From: the human T2T-CHM13v2.0 reference genome, Homo sapiens
DNA length: 64,000 bases
Direction: 5' to 3' (one strand)
NCBI RefSeq assembly: GCF_009914755.1
Contig: NC_060947.1
Part shown: positions 1 to 22,765 of the stretch, piece by piece
How positions within the stretch are numbered: position 1 is the first letter of the stretch
How the letters are laid out: every line of letters starts with the position of its first letter
Program-made: the position numbers and the translations under genes
The notes under the pieces: model-generated
Seen by the model: only the letters and a program-made list of their open reading frames with translations
Told to the model about the DNA's origin: nothing
Database searches by the model: none

Positions 1-205
1 GGTCATATGGTAGCTTTATGTTTATTATTTTGAGAAACTGTCAGCCTGTTTTCAAACCTGGCTGCACCATTTACATCCCTATCAGTAATGTATTAGGGTT
101 CCAGTTTCTTCGTACCCTCACCAACACTTGTTACTATCCTTTCTTTTATTTCTTTCTTTTTTTTATTATAGCCACCTAGTGGGTGTGAAGTGTTATTTTA
201 GTTTT
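1..205 (-). mobile_element. Old L1M fragment, left part of the retrocopy's host
   Basis: L1M-like sequence that continues colinearly at 10510. Confidence 0.7.
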
Positions 206-1061
206 TTAAAAAATTTAGAAATTTATTCTGTTTAATCCACAAGCTTTATATAGCTTTAGTTTAAAAAAAAAAAACGAAAAAACATCAAAACAAAAACAGT
301 GAAACCAAGACACTATTCCAAAGTCTGGACCCTTCCAGCCTTCCAAATACAAGAGCTCTGAAAGTTGTATATACCGATTGGAAGAACAAGAGAAAAATAT
401 GAACAGAGCCATGACATTTCATTAAACAAAATTGTATGTAACTGAAGGATCCTTCCTGGGACTAGCTCATTGCCTTTACAAAAGATAAAACAAAAACAGA
501 AAACCAGAAGAATAAAATGAGAGTCCAGTGTTCCAAATCAACTAGATACACATCAATATAAATCCACAGTGTCCTGGCAAACAGCATGCTTTCATTTTCT
601 GTCTCATCCTAGAGCTCGAATCCTGATTCATCTCAGCAGAGACTCCACAGGCAACAGGAAAGATTATGGCATTGAAATACTCATTTATACTTTTATGGTA
701 GTTCAAAATGGTGGTCTTATTTCTGGGCAAGCTTACAGACCATACAAGGTCAGAAGCATAACTTAAACGGGTGCTAAGACTCAAATGAAAAAAATGTAAA
801 GAAAAAGAAAAACAGAAAACCAAAACCAAACCAAACAAAAAAAAAACCCTCTGGGAATAGCCAGGGCATTTAAAGGAACCATAAAAATGCTAATAGTATT
901 TAAACCTCCCTTTTTAAAAAGGGGATTTTTTTTGGCTTAAAATATTTCACTCTGAATGAATTATGTCAACTGTCAATGAAAGAATGTTGCTAATACAGTG
1001 TGGACAACTTTTGCAATGTAAATCCATGCCCCTTGTTTTTACATGGTGAACTTCAACCTAG

Positions 1062-1534
<473 letters not shown>

Positions 1535-1750
1535 AACGCAGGTGCTTTTCTAAGTCATGAAGGTTATCTTCAGCTTCACTTTCAGTATCCTCCTTCGGCT
1601 CTGGCGCTGCCACTGGTTCTTCCTGTGATAATGTGGTTGTGGCAGCTGCAGTGGCTGCAGGGGTCGCAGTGGCTGCAGCCACAGCCTTTTCCTTGTGTTT
1701 TTTGTGCTGCTTGTGCTTATCCTTTTGGTGTTTCTTGTCCTTTTTTTTTT

Positions 1751-1884
1751 AAATATATGATGCAATTTTATTACCATTTTTTCTATATAAGTGACACAAA
1801 ATTTAGACCGATAAAAACAATTTCTTCCATGAAATTTCAACAGCTGAGCTGTGTTGGGAAGAGCTAAACTGCTTGATGTCGGAG
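1751..1884 (-). other. L1 3' transduced segment (134 bp)
   Basis: Non-L1, non-SRRM1 sequence between two polyA tracts, inside the TSDs, with its own AATAAA (1772-1767). Confidence 0.85.
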
Positions 1885-8030
<6,146 letters not shown>

Positions 8031-10509
8031 TCTTGTCCTTTTTCTTCTTTTTTTTCCCACCTCCTTCTTGATCTGGCTTTCTTGGCGGTGATGCTCTTGG
8101 TGTTGGGCTTTTGGCCTTTTTGACTGGTACAGCTGGTGTCCAGTTTGTAGATGGTGACTGAGACTGGATGGGGGATGGAGGTGCTGGGGGCTTTTAAGCT
8201 GCTGGCTCTGGAGACCTGGAGACAGATCAGGATGATGAGACCCTCATTATAGACTGTGGGCTTGGTGAAGCAGCCTTTTTTGTTTTTTTAGGTTCCAGAG
8301 TCCTGGAGACTCCCCTAAAGGGCCTAGTATTTGGAGACAGGGACTGCCTTCTTTGGGGTGATGACGACCCTGCTCTTCAAACAAGTGGAGGACTTGAGGT
8401 CTGAGGAGCTCGAGGCCGTGGTGAGGGTGAATGTCATTTGTTTGGTTGTGGTGATCGGGCCTCGTGGGTAGAGCGGCTTGGGGAAGACCCTTTCCTATGC
8501 TTGGATGATAATGAAGGTGAACGTCTCTTGGTGACTGAGGAGCTTCTTTGTTTGGGAGGTGGAGAATGGGAGACCCAATGCTTGGGTGGTGGAGATGGTA
8601 ATGCTCTTTGTTCAGGAAGGGGAGGAGAAGAAGCCATTCTTCTCTTTGGAGGTGGAGAAGGAGAGTATCTCCTCTGTATTGGAGGAGAGTATCTTCTAGG
8701 AGAAGGTGAGCACCGATGTGAGGGAGGAGAAGGAGTTCTTTTTCGTGGTGGTGGTGTGGGAGAACTGTGCCCTCGAGGAGGAGGGGCAGGAGAAAGAGAC
8801 CATCGCCTTCTGGTGGGTGGTGGGGATGGAGTTCTCCTCTGTCTACCACGAGGGTAAGTCTCTTTTTGGCGCTTTTGTGGTGATGGAGAGGCACTCCGGG
8901 AAGGGGAATGTCTCCGCCGCCTGCCAACCTCACCATTCTTCACATGGGATCTCATGGGTCGTTCATCTTCTGAAGAGGAGGAGGAGCCAGAGTCAGATGA
9001 AGACTGCTGGTTTAGTTGTCTGTATTGGTGTCTCTGCTGCACAGAATCTGCTGCAGCCATTTTACCATGTTTATCTTCTTCTGATTCAGACAACTACTTT
9101 TCTAGGCTTTGGTGCTGGTGAACGGCACTCCCTTTTCTCAGTACCTTTATGTTTTGTTACTACCTGAAGTTCTCCCTGGAGACACGGAAACATGATTTTT
9201 TCTTGTACAGTTTGACTGCTGGGGTGTTGGGGAATGCTGAGTTTTGGGTGGTGGAGTTACAGGAGGAGATGGCCTGTACCTTCGCCTTGGAGGACTTGTT
9301 GAAGGAGATAACTTACGAGTTTTTTGAGGGGGGCTGGATGTCCTCTTGGGAGGCTTCTTTGGTGGTGACCGGGAATGAGATGAAGAGGATGATGAGCTAT
9401 TCCCAGACAAGGATGCTGATGAACGTCTTCTTCATCTTACTGGAGATCTACTCCTTCTATGCCTTGGTGGAGGAGGCATTCTTCTTGGTGGGGTTCTTCT
9501 TCGAGGAGATGGCTGCCGCCTTGGGCTTGGCCACCTTCTAGGTGAATACGATCTTGATTGGGATCTATGGCGCTGTCTAGGTGGAGTGTGAGAAGGACAG
9601 TGGGGACCGCATCTGAGATTTTGATTTGGAGTGTGACTGAGATCGTGGTCGGGTCTTCTTCTGCTTTTCTTTTTTGGAATTTTTTTCCGGAGAAGGTTCT
9701 TTAGGCTCTGGTACAGGTTCAGGTTTGGAAACTTTCAGAATGTCACTAGTAGAAGTGGCCTGTTGTACTGAAGGTTCTTTTACTTTCACTGAAGGTTCTG
9801 GGAGCTCTGGAGTTTTTTCCTTCTTTTCTGGAGCAGGAAAAGGACTCTGGCCCTTGGTTCTTTGTTGGGGAGATCGAGAATGACTGTGCTTTCTCTCTTC
9901 TAACAGGGGAAGATTGTCTTTTAGGGGAAGAAGATTTGTGTCTTCTTGGGCTACGAGACCTCTCCCTTTTTTCTCTGCTGCTTTCTTTTTCTAACTTATG
10001 CCTTTTATCTTTGTCTTCATCTTGCTTTTTCATAGACGCCAATTTTTCTTATTCAATCTGTCTTTGTTTTATTTCTTCTTTCTTCAGTTCTAGGAAAGCA
10101 GAAGAGATTCCCGAGATGTTTTCTTGTGCACTTAGCAGCAGGGGCCATAGTTCTCCCGTAAATTCTCGAGCATTTTTTCCATTCGAAAATCCATTCAGGT
10201 TGATTTGCATCATTTTGGAGTCTGGATTCTTCACTTACAGCTGGTTGAATATAAACTCAATCACAACATCATCTTCAAACCCAAGGATTTTTGTTACTCT
10301 TTTTGTTATCCAAGGCTTTATAACTTCCAAATTTACTTTGCTCGTGTCCACCTTTTTTTCTAGGCATTCTGCAAATTTCAGCTGCTTCAGTAGTTTCTTC
10401 TGTTTGTTGCTGAACCGATTATACTGTTCTGCACTTGATCGGTGGAAGAATCCTGAGTCCATCTTGCCGCCTCGCTTGGAGATCGCTCCCTATCCCAGGG
10501 TGCACCGCC

Positions 10510-12690
10510 TATTTTATAGTTTTAATTTGCATTTCCCTGATGACTAATGATATTGAGCATCTTTTCATGTGCTTATTGACCATTTGCATGTCTTCTTTGG
10601 AAGTATGTCTATTAAAATCCCCATTTAAAAACTGGATTATTTTTCTTTTTATTGTTGCGTTTTAAGAGTTTTTAAAATACATTCTGGATACTAAATCCTT
10701 ATCAGGTATGTGACTTGCAAATGTTTTCTTCTATCCCATGGACTGTCTTCTCAGTTTCTTGATTGAATTCTTTGAAGCACAAAATTTAAATTTTGACAAA
10801 GTCTGTCATTGGTTGCTTGTGGATTTCATGTCACATTTAAGAAACCATTGCCTAATCTAACGTCACTAAAATTTATTTCTGTTTTACAGTTTTATATTTT
10901 TATGTCTTAAATTTAAGTCTTAGATCCATTTCAGGTTAACTTTTGTATATGGCACAAGATGAGTCTAATTTCATTCTTTGCATGTGGATATCCAGTTTGT
11001 CTTGACACCATCCGCTGAAAAGACTATTCTTCCCCTATTTAATTGTCTGGAGTTCCTTGGTGAAAATCAAATGGTCATAAATCTATGGGTTTCTTTCTGG
11101 ACTCTCAATCCTATTTTATTGGTCTATCCTTACATGATAATCCTTATGCCAGTACCACAACATCTTGATTACTGTGGCTTTGTATTAAATTTTCAAATTA
11201 GGAAGTGTGAGTTCTCCAACATTCTTCTTTTTCAAGATTGTTTTGGCTAGACTTTTGCATTTTCATATGTATTTTAGAAAGAACTTCTCAATTTCTTCAG
11301 AAAGTCAACTGTAAGCTGGGTGCAGTGGTATGTGCCTGTAGTCCCAGCTACACAGAAGGCTGAGGCAGGAGAATCCCTTGAGCCCAGGAAGTTTAAGGCC
11401 AGCCTGGGCAAAACAGCAAGACCCCATTTCAAAAAAATAAAATCCAAACAGAATAAAACAAAAAAGCCAGCTGTGACTTTGATAGGTATTGCATGGAATC
11501 TGTGGATTAATTTGGAGAATATTGCCATCTTAGCAATATTAAGTCTTCTAGTTCGTGCACACAGGATATCTTTCCACTTGTTTGGCCTTGTTTAATTTAT
11601 TTCAATGACATTATACTTTGTATGATTTCAGTTCTTTTCAATTTATTGAGACTTTTTTATGGCCCAACACGTGGTCTACCCTGGAGAATGTTCCATATAT
11701 ACTTGAGCAGAATGTATATTCTGCTCTTGTTGGATGGAGTGTTCTGTAGATGTCTGTTAGATCTAGTAGGTTTATAGTGTTGTTCAAGTCTTTCATTCTC
11801 TTGTTGATCTTCTGTCTAGTTGTTGTATCCATTATTGAAAGTGGGGTACTGAAGTCGCCAACTATTATTGTAGAGTTGTCTATTTCTTCCTTCAATTCTG
11901 TCAGTTTTTGCTTCATATAATTTGGGGGCTCTGTGGTTAGGTACACATATGTTTATAAATTGCTATTTATTCTTGATGTATTGACTTTTATATTGTCACA
12001 GAATGTCCTTTATGTCTCATAACACTTTTTGTCTTTACGTCTATTTTACATGATAGAAGTGTAGCTACCCCAGCTCTCTTTTGGTTACTGTTTGCTACAC
12101 ACACACACACACACATACACATTTTATACTTTTACTTTCAACTTAATTTGTGCCTTTGAATCAAAATTATACCTCTTGTAGACATCATATATTTGGATAA
12201 TTTTTTGAACACTTTTTCCAATCTCTTCTTTTTAATTTTCATCAATTTACGTTTAATGTAGTTATTGATAAAGTATAATTTGCATCTGTCATTTTGCTAT
12301 TTTTTCTATGTATTTTATGTCTTTTCTGTTCCTTTGTTCCTTCATTACTGCCTTCTTTTGTGTTAAGTAGGTATTTTCTAGTGTACCATTCTTATTCCCT
12401 TGTCATTTCTTTTACTTTTTTTTTTAGTTATTTTCTTAATGGTTGTTTTATGGATTGCTAATATCTTAATTTATAACAATGTAGCTCATATTAATACCAA
12501 CTTGATTTCAATATTACACAAAAGCTTTGCTCCTCTACAGCTCCTTTCCCTCCCCCTCCTTTGTGCTGTCATTGTCATACAAACTATACCTTTATACTTC
12601 ATATGCCCATCAATATGGATGCATAATTATTGCATTATGCAATTGTCTTTTAAATTAGATAGGCAGCAAAGGAGTTTCAAACAAATAATG
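10510..12690 (-). mobile_element. Old L1M fragments with a FLAM/Alu monomer at ~11314-11465 (+)
   Basis: Degenerate ORF2 peptides (IVGDFSTPLS..DLTDIYRTLHP; IHRFHAIPIK). Confidence 0.75.
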
Positions 12691-12945
12691 TTTACTAATC
12701 ATGGAACTTTGGGCAAGTTCTTTAACTTCTCTAAACTTAGATTTCTTCATCTGCAGTATGGAAATAATGATATTATTTACCTTGTATGGTTGCTGCAAGG
12801 ATTAAGTGGGATAATGTATGTAAAGCATTTAGAACAGTGCCTAACACAGAATAAGTACTCCATAAATGGTAGCTGTGGTTATTAGTTACTATTTTCTTTT
12901 ACCATCGTGCCTTTGCTCATGATGTTCCATCTATTTGTAATTTCG

Positions 12946-13284
<339 letters not shown>

Positions 13285-13783
13285 TGACAGTTTTTTTCAT
13301 TCTCAAATACCACCACTTCCATGCTCTTAACTTGTACAGTGTCTATTATCACTATTACAACACTTATCACAGTCTTCCTTAGATTGTAGTTATTTGTAAT
13401 ATGTCTTGTCTCCCATTCTAGATTTTAAAACTCACGAGGGCGAATACTATGTCTTCTTCACCTCAGTATTTTTCACAGTGTGTAACTCAGTGCCTTATAA
13501 TGGAGTAAGTGCTCAGTAAATGTTTACTGTATCACTGAATAATGTGAATAATTTAAAAATTCAAAACAGATTGAGTTTTCTAGTTCTGTTAGTAGATCTG
13601 AATGCAATTTTAAAGCGATAAACCAAGAATGATACAAAGGATGTACTTCCCTTAAGTGGTTTATGGACTTTCTCAGGTGAATAGGAGAGAGAGTCATAAG
13701 ATACTGGGATTCTTATTTCTCAAAATGTGGTAGATTGAAAGAGAATTTCAGTGCCTCACAGCATATAAATGGATTTGGATTCA

Positions 13784-13862
13784 TTAGGTTGGTGCAAAAG
13801 TAATTGTGGTTTTTGCAATTCCTTTCAGCTACAAAATTGCAATTACTTTTGCACCAGCTTAT
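13784..13862. mobile_element. MADE1 mariner MITE
   Basis: About 80 bp palindromic element TTAGGTTGGTGCAAAAGTAATTG...CAATTACTTTTGCACCAGCTTA. Confidence 0.85.
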
Positions 13863-15368
13863 AGATGGAGAAGCGATTAGACTAATGAACATATATATTC
13901 CCTAAAAGAATGTGAAGACAGTAAAGTTTATTAAACAATGTAGTTTTCCTCCATGTAACCCCCAAAGCGGTAGGTAGGGAAGGGAAGAGGCAGCAGAGTT
14001 TGATGGGTATGCATCGAAACTTTAAAATAGAAAGAAGAAAGTTTGAATTTCAGCACTCAATATTAGGCGAGTGACTTTGGGGAATGTCCTATAACATTTC
14101 TGATTGCCCATTTCCTTGCATGTAATGCCTATGTCACAGAGGTGTTTAGAGAAGTAAATGAACTAATGGATTGTGAAATTGTTTTGTGAGTTACAAAGCA
14201 TTTTTGGTCACTCTTTTCTTCTGGGTTCTTACTGCTCTGTGTTCATCATTCTGCCATAGCACTTCCCATGTTGTATTGTAATTTATTTGTTTATATCTGT
14301 CTCCCACTAGATTGAGCTTTTTTCAGAGCTAAGATTTTTGTTTTATTTATCTTTGGACACCAGGGCCTAACACACTGGTACTCAATAAATGTTTGATAAA
14401 TGTGTGAATAAATGTTTCAGGTCGGAGATGAACTCAGGTGACCTATTAAGTTTCCTTCTAGTTTTGCTGTTTAAGATTCTGTGAAAAGGTCTAGAAATAA
14501 TTAGAGATTGACATAGGAAGAAATATTTAGAATGTGAAAACATGAACTTGGAGGACAGTTACAGATTTGTTAAACACATATTAACATTCTAGAGTGTACT
14601 TTCAAAAGGGAAATTGTTGAGACGGGTTAATTGAGTTTATATATAAAAAGGGAGGTTATGATTTGTCAAGTGAGAAGTAATTTTTCTGGCCAAGGAATGA
14701 TAACAGCTGAAACGAATCTCTCAAAAGCTAGGAAATTTGGCAGAGGAATATTGTGGCTAAACAAATTCATTAGAGCAGAAAGGTATTAAAAACATTTTGA
14801 GAAGTGGAGTTAAATCATGGAAAACCAGGCTTCCTTATTAAGATGCCAGAAACTGATGAGACATAAGGTGGAGGTTTTGTTTTGTTTGAAAGAGCTTGAA
14901 GCTACATCAACAGGAGCAAAGTATGAGCCTTTGGAGAGCAGAATAGCTATACCTACTGAAAAAGTTGTTAGTAGACAGAAGAAATTGTAAACACAATTTA
15001 CAATGTAAACATTGTAGAAATAGTAAAATGAAAGAACAAATGACTGAAGTTGATTGAGTAAAGGCCAAATCACTTGTAATGAGAGATGAAAAACCATCCA
15101 AAACAATGATTGTAAATAAAAAATTGAGAAGAGATGACAAATATGATGGCATAATTAAAATGATAGACTTGGAATGGACCTTGGGAGAACTTACAACGAA
15201 AGAGCTAACCAGAGATTCCCTGAACAGTAGACCTCAAAGCCTAAACTGGTAATATCGTAGAGTGGCTATTAATACAGTCTCTCTCTCTGGTCTCTGACAA
15301 AATGTCCAGGAGGGGAGAAGACAGATGTAATTTGTGGAGTGGGTTCAGGGATAATTTTCTCATCATAG

Positions 15369-15667
<299 letters not shown>

Positions 15668-17569
15668 GAAGAAATATTTAGAATGTAAAAACATGAAGTT
15701 GGAGGACAGTTACAGATTTGTTGCACACATATTAACATTCTAGAGTTATCATCATAGAGGCCTCATCATAGAGGCTTTATTATAGCATAGTGTAACGAGA
15801 AAAAACTTGCACTTAAAAAATCAGACACACCTGACTTAGAATCCCAGCTCTTCCTCTTTTAGTGGTTTGACCTTGAGCAAAGTACTTAATATCCCTAAAA
15901 GACATTAATAAGGAACTCTGTCCCCTTCCATAACTCCTGTTTTTCGGATGTCTGGGTTGTTCATCTAATTTTCCTATAATTTTTTGCCTGTTTTCAATTT
16001 TTTTAAATGCTGCTTTCTAAGACAGTTTATCATCTCTATCTTCCAACCCTTTTATTGAGGTTTTAATTCCTCTTGTCATATTTTTAATTCCCAAGAGGCT
16101 CTTTTGTTTTCTCAATAGACTTTAAAATTTCTGTTTCTTGTTTTATGGTCGCAATATCTCCTCTAATCTTTCCGAGGATGTCAATGATAGATTTTCTTTT
16201 TAAAAGTTTCCTTCTAAGCTTCAGGGATCTTCCCCAAGAGAACAGACCTCCAGTATTCTGCTGGTGTTGGGGAAGGGAAGTTATTTGGCCCTGCAGAATA
16301 GGGCAAGGAATCTGCAAGTCAGCTTCCTAGGCTGACTTTCAAGCAGTCCTCCTGGTTATTACCTCTCTTTCATGCCTACTTGCAGGGGTACCTGGTACTA
16401 CAAGTTCCTGAGCCCTTTTGGAATTCTGTGGTATAAGTGGATTTGCGTTTCAGCTTTCCCTACTGATGACTTGGGATGCAGGTTTCTCAGTTCTGGTGAT
16501 TCAGTTACTATTTGTTCAGCTGCTATATCTAGTTTCCAACATTTGTTGCTAGTATCTTCTCTCCCTATTCTCCTACCTTGTGTGTTTATGCCATTTTATA
16601 ATTCCCTTACTGTAATTTTATCAGGGTTTTGAGGAAGGAGCAGAGCTAAACGTGTGAGTTAAATTATCTGCCATCTTTAACCACAAGTCTCTTAATTCTT
16701 TTTTTGTTTTTTTAAATTATTTTATTTTACATTCAGGGGTACACGTGCACATTTGTTTCATGGGTATTCTTAACTCTTCATGTCTTTTATATCCATCTCT
16801 TTTCATTTTAACCATCACCACATTATACAGCTTCTTACCACTTCCTATCTGGGCTCCTTTCCTCTATCATCTCGTCCCTTAGGTCTGTTTTCCACAATGT
16901 TGTGGATTCTTCTTCCCAAACAACTGCACTGTGTATCAGAGTTTTGATTGTAAAAGACTCTTCTGTTGCTTCTTAATGCCAAAAGGAGAAAATCAAAGTC
17001 TTCCACAGTCTAGCCTCTGTCTACTGTTTCAACCTTATTTTTTAGGCTTTCCGAAACACTCATATCCATATCCATACCCATCTCCACTTGTAGCTTTGGT
17101 CAAACTTGTCTGGTGTACCAAATAAGTAGGGGCACAGCAGCTCGGCTTGCCTGGTGATGTATCCAGTAGACTTAGAAGTTGGCCTGTTGATTTTGAGCAA
17201 CCAATTTAAAACTCCTTAAGTGAATACCTGTCTAACTTGAAGGCATCTTATGGCCCCTTTCAGCCTAGGATTTGAAAATCTATTTTCCATATATGCTATT
17301 TCTTGATTGTGTTCACTATATAGCATATAGAGTTTTTTCCATGGTCTATTACTCACACCTTATTTACCTTCTGCTAGACTTTGAAGGTGCAAGGATGAGT
17401 AGGCTGTGGAAATTACATCCTATAAGAAACTTCCATCTTCTTTCTTATATGGTATTAAGTTTAAGCCATAGCTCAATGACTGGGTATACACATTGTGATT
17501 TAATATTCTTCTAGGATTTAACATTGTCATTTATTATATCCTTCTTATGAAAAGAATATCTGGATATTC

Positions 17570-17850
17570 ATAGGTGTGATGGCTCTTGCCCACCACTCCA
17601 GTGCTTTGAGAGGCTGAGATGGGAGGATCACTTGAGCCCAGGAATTTGAGAACAACTTGGGCAAGGTAGTGAGACTTCCTCTCTACAAAAAAGGTTAGCC
17701 AGTCCTGGTGGCACACACCTGTAGTCCTAGCTGCTCAGGAGGCTTTAGTGGGATGGTTGCTTGAGTCCAGGAGGTTGAAGCTACATGTAAGCGATGATTG
17801 TGCTGCTGCACTCCAGCCTGGGTGACAGGGCAAGCTATTATCTCAAAAAA
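17570..17850 (+). mobile_element. AluJ
   Basis: Diverged Alu dimer. Confidence 0.8.
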
Positions 17851-18242
17851 AGTTACGTTTATAACATTTTCCTGAAAGTATATTGTTTTCTTTTGTTGTA
17901 CACATTTTTAAATTAAAAATTTAAAAATTTAATGGACATATAATATTTGTACATATTCTTGGGGTACATAGTGATATTTCAATGCATATAATGTATAGTG
18001 ATCAAATCAGGGTAATTAACATATCCATCATCTCAAAATTTATTATTTCTTTGTGTTGGGAACATTGAATATCCTCCTCCTAGCTAGCTATTTGAGACTA
18101 TATGACATATTATTATTAATTGTTGTCACCCTACAGCATTATAGAATGCTAGAACTTACTTTTCTTATCTAGCTGTAATTTTGTGGCCTTTAACAAATCT
18201 CTCCCTACCCCTTGTTTCCTAATGACTTTTTTCTCCCTTCAG

Positions 18243-18402
18243 AATTGTCTTTGCTGATCTCTTTATTATGATGAAAATTCTCTGGATGGAAGGGTCATCA
18301 GCTGCCGTCTCCTTTGCTACTCTGCTACATATCCTTACAATTTGGTTTAGAATTTTAGTACCACTAACATTTTTTGGTGCATATTTTGGAAATAAAGAAA
18401 AG
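18243..18402 (+). pseudogene. TM9SF5P: TM9SF5P exon (160 nt)
   Basis: IVFADLFIMMKILWMEGSSAAVSFATLLHILTIWFRILVPLTFFGAYFGNKEK; cag acceptor and gtaaac donor; frame open. Confidence 0.9.
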
Positions 18403-19089
18403 GTAAACTCTTAAAATACTGCTTTTGGCCACTGAGCGATGACTGAAATAATACCTCAGTGTATATATTACACATGAAATACAAAAAGTCCCACTGGAGA
18501 AAACTACAGAGAATAATCATTTTGGAATAAAAGATACTTTAAAAAATTAAGTAAAGGACAGTAACACTTTCAAAGACATTAATGCATTTCCTACATTATC
18601 AATTGTTTATACTGCCTTTTACCTCTGATGAACCAAATTAAAAGGACATATTGTAGAAAGGCTGACATCAGCCAACTCAGGAAACTAATAGGGTTATACA
18701 GTGGGATAAGGAAGTCAAGATGTAGTCCAAGGAATGGGGCTATTCGGTTTACAGATTTGAAGTTAGCCTATTCCACATATCGGAGAAAGGTATAGGATAC
18801 CAAAAAGTCTCAATGAGGCCACACAGCCAAAAAACTCTTCAAGGATATAGCATGAGATTGCAGAGGAAATGTTGGAAAAGACAAAATGGGAGGTGGAGTT
18901 CCACAGAGAGCAGCAAAAAGAAAATTTTCTGAAAACTATTGACACATTCTTAGACAAATTCTAAGAGAGAACTTTTGGACATTTTAGATTATTTTGCATT
19001 AGAATAGTCACTGGTAAATCTTTCCAGTCTCTCCCTTGGAAATTATAAAAAAGGATAAATATCCTCATTGATTGTTTAGCTGTGTGTCA

Positions 19090-19404
19090 CTTAGTATGGT
19101 GCCACTGGTCGCATGTGGCTGTTGAGCACCTGAAATGTGGCTGTCGGAATTGAGATGGGCTCTATGTGGAAAATACACACCAGATTTTGAACACTTAGAA
19201 CAACGACAAAGATAACGTAAAATATTTGCTCAATAATTTTATATTAACACAAGTATAAATCATAATATTTGGACATGTTAGAATAAATAAAATATGATGT
19301 TAAAATTAATTCCATCTGTTTCTTTTTACTTTTTTAAGGGGGGCTACTAAAAAATTTAGAACTACACATGTGGCTTGCATTATACTTCCATTGCACAGCA
19401 CTGG
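19090..19404. mobile_element. hAT-Charlie DNA transposon relic (MER33/MER3-like)
   Basis: CATGTGGCT..TTGAGCAC.TGAAATGTGGCT motif and terminal CAGCACTG. Confidence 0.65.
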
Positions 19405-19600
19405 CCTAGCCCCTGCCCACATGACTGCTTTTTGTTATTTTCTTTATACTATTGTTGTTTTCTCAAAGCTGCCTTTGAGAAAAATGCTCCTGTAAATATT
19501 CCATGCCCTCTTCAGATTCAAGATTCTGTTTTGTGATAATATCTGTATAGATGTTTTTCAGTTTCATTTCATTCTGATTCTCACTTCATTTATTTCCGAG

Positions 19601-19752
19601 CAGATTAGTTGTCCAGTTCAGACAAACCAGATCCCCTGTCAGATTCCTCCATAGAACTTCTTTACAAAACCACTTCTTGGCATCATAATTGGTGGCATTT
19701 TCCCCTTCGGCTGTATTTTTATTCAACTCTTTTTCATTCTGAACAGTATTTG
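19601..19752 (+). pseudogene. TM9SF5P: TM9SF5P exon (152 nt) with premature stop
   Basis: QISCPVQTNQIPCQIPP*NFFTKPLLGIIIGGIFPFGCIFIQLFFILNSIW; TAG at 19652-19654; donor gtgagt. Confidence 0.9.
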
Positions 19753-20207
19753 GTGAGTATTACATCTTCATAATCTTAAAAGTGTTAGTTTTTAGTAAAT
19801 TAACATTCCTATAGTTTAAGGAGGTTAAATTCTGATATGATAATACTTCATTTACCTCCCTTTATCCAGTAAATAACAATCTGACCTAGAAGAATTTCCT
19901 AGAGAACCGAGACTTAATTCATGACTTTAAAAATATTTATTTTTAATTTTTGTGGGTACACAGTAGGTGTATATATTTATGGGGTACATGAGATGTTTTG
20001 ATACAGGCATGCAGTGCATAATAATCACATCTATGGAGAACGAGGTATCCATCCCCTCAAGCATTTATCCTTTGTGTTTCAAACAATACAATTATACTCT
20101 TTTAGTTATTTTAAAATGTACAATTAAATTATTATTGACTGTAGTCACCCTGTTGAATTCACAATTTTTAAAAGGCACGTTTTGATGGAAATATTTATAA
20201 AGATTTA

Positions 20208-20898
<691 letters not shown>

Positions 20899-21077
20899 AA
20901 GCAATGTATTTGTTGCATACAACTTTGTATAAATTTATTATCTAGGGAGATGCTTCTCAATACTCATCCCTCACTCTCATACTCAGGTATATATTTTACA
21001 TGACATTTTTAGGTGGCGTATTGATCGGTTCATCAATTTCTTTTTATTTCCAAAAGGCTTTTTAAAATGGATGTTGT

Positions 21078-21408
<331 letters not shown>

Positions 21409-22045
21409 TATTAGTTAATTAATTGGAATGGGCATTGATCATCCCAACTTAGCTCAGGTCTATAATAACCAAGAGAGTTAACTGCATTCTTTCAAAGTTT
21501 CACCTAGATGTAATCCACACACAGATTTTTTTAAAAGGCACATTTGAAAGTATATTTAATAGAATTATGTGTGCTGTGCTATAAAGACATATTTGGAAAA
21601 GGTGAATGTCAACAGGCTTTCTAAGGCAAAAGTGGTATTTGAATCTGGTTTTCTGTTTTATGATGTCGTTGTTGGTATTTATGGCATTTGCAGCCTTCAA
21701 TTTCTAAAGAGAATGTTTTTAAATATGTATGGAGAAAATTATGGTGATATTGATGAGTCTCAAGTGAGAACTAACTTATATGACCAGAGAAACATGGGTA
21801 AGTAGCAGCACTGGTTCTGACTAGAGAAGATATGGCCAAACTCTGAAACTGCATAGGTAAGGGACTATTTTTTGGTACTTAAAGGATAAGTGGAGATTTG
21901 GAATACAGAGTTGAATGTTTAGGGGAAAAAAAGAAAAAAAAAGGTTTAGAGAAGTGTATGACTGTCTATTGTATAGATTTGGATTGATCTTTCTGTGTGT
22001 ACTGTTAAGTTAAAGTTTATTTAAACCTCTTATTTTTATTTTCAG

Positions 22046-22157
22046 GTCTCATTAGCTGTACTACATGTTTGGCTTCCTTTTCTTAGTCTTTATAATTCTT
22101 GTGATTACTTGCTCAGAAGTTACAGTTTTGCTGTATTATTTTCATTTATGTGCTGAG
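22046..22157 (+). pseudogene. TM9SF5P: TM9SF5P exon (112 nt) with premature stop
   Basis: [36 protein letters not shown]; TAG at 22053-22055; splice sites intact. Confidence 0.9.
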
Positions 22158-22462
22158 GTAAAGCCATAAGAAACTAATGCATTTGCTATACTTGCATTAT
22201 TGGAATTGGAAGTCTGTGTTTAGAAAAGAATTGAAATAAATGATAACTGCATGTTTCTACAACTTGGGATCAGTTTTATATTGTGTTTTCCTATTAACAC
22301 ATTTTGACTTTGATGTGGCTGTCAAGTTAAGGCTGCTTTGATGGAAAATTTAAATAGAAAGTTATTTCTCTTTGGCTGGTTATTGTAATTGCTGCATGAT
22401 ATTCAGTTAACAGAAAAATATAAGGGACTGATTTAATATTTATCAAGTTCAATGATATTTCC

Positions 22463-22765
22463 TTTTCTTTTTTTGAGACAGGGTTTCACTCTGTCGCCCA
22501 GGCTGGAGTGCAGTGGTGCAATCTCGGCTTATTGCAATCTCTGCCTCCTGGGTTCAAGCGATTCTCATGCCTCAGCCTCTCTAGTAGCTGTAGTAGCTGG
22601 GATTACAGGTGACCACCACCACACACAGCTAATTTTTGTGTTTTTAGTAGAGACGAGGTTTTGCCATGTTGCCCAGCCTGGTCTCGAACTCCTGGGCTCA
22701 AGTGATCCACTCTCCTTGGCTTCCCAAACAGCTGAGATTACGGGCATGAGCCACCACGCCCGGCT
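22463..22765 (-). mobile_element. Alu (J/S)
   Basis: Full dimer. Confidence 0.85.

Noticed and set aside
8247-10462. SRRM1-like ORFs as a functional retrogene
   Set aside because: A stop after 75 codons, several frameshifts and two insertions in the CDS.
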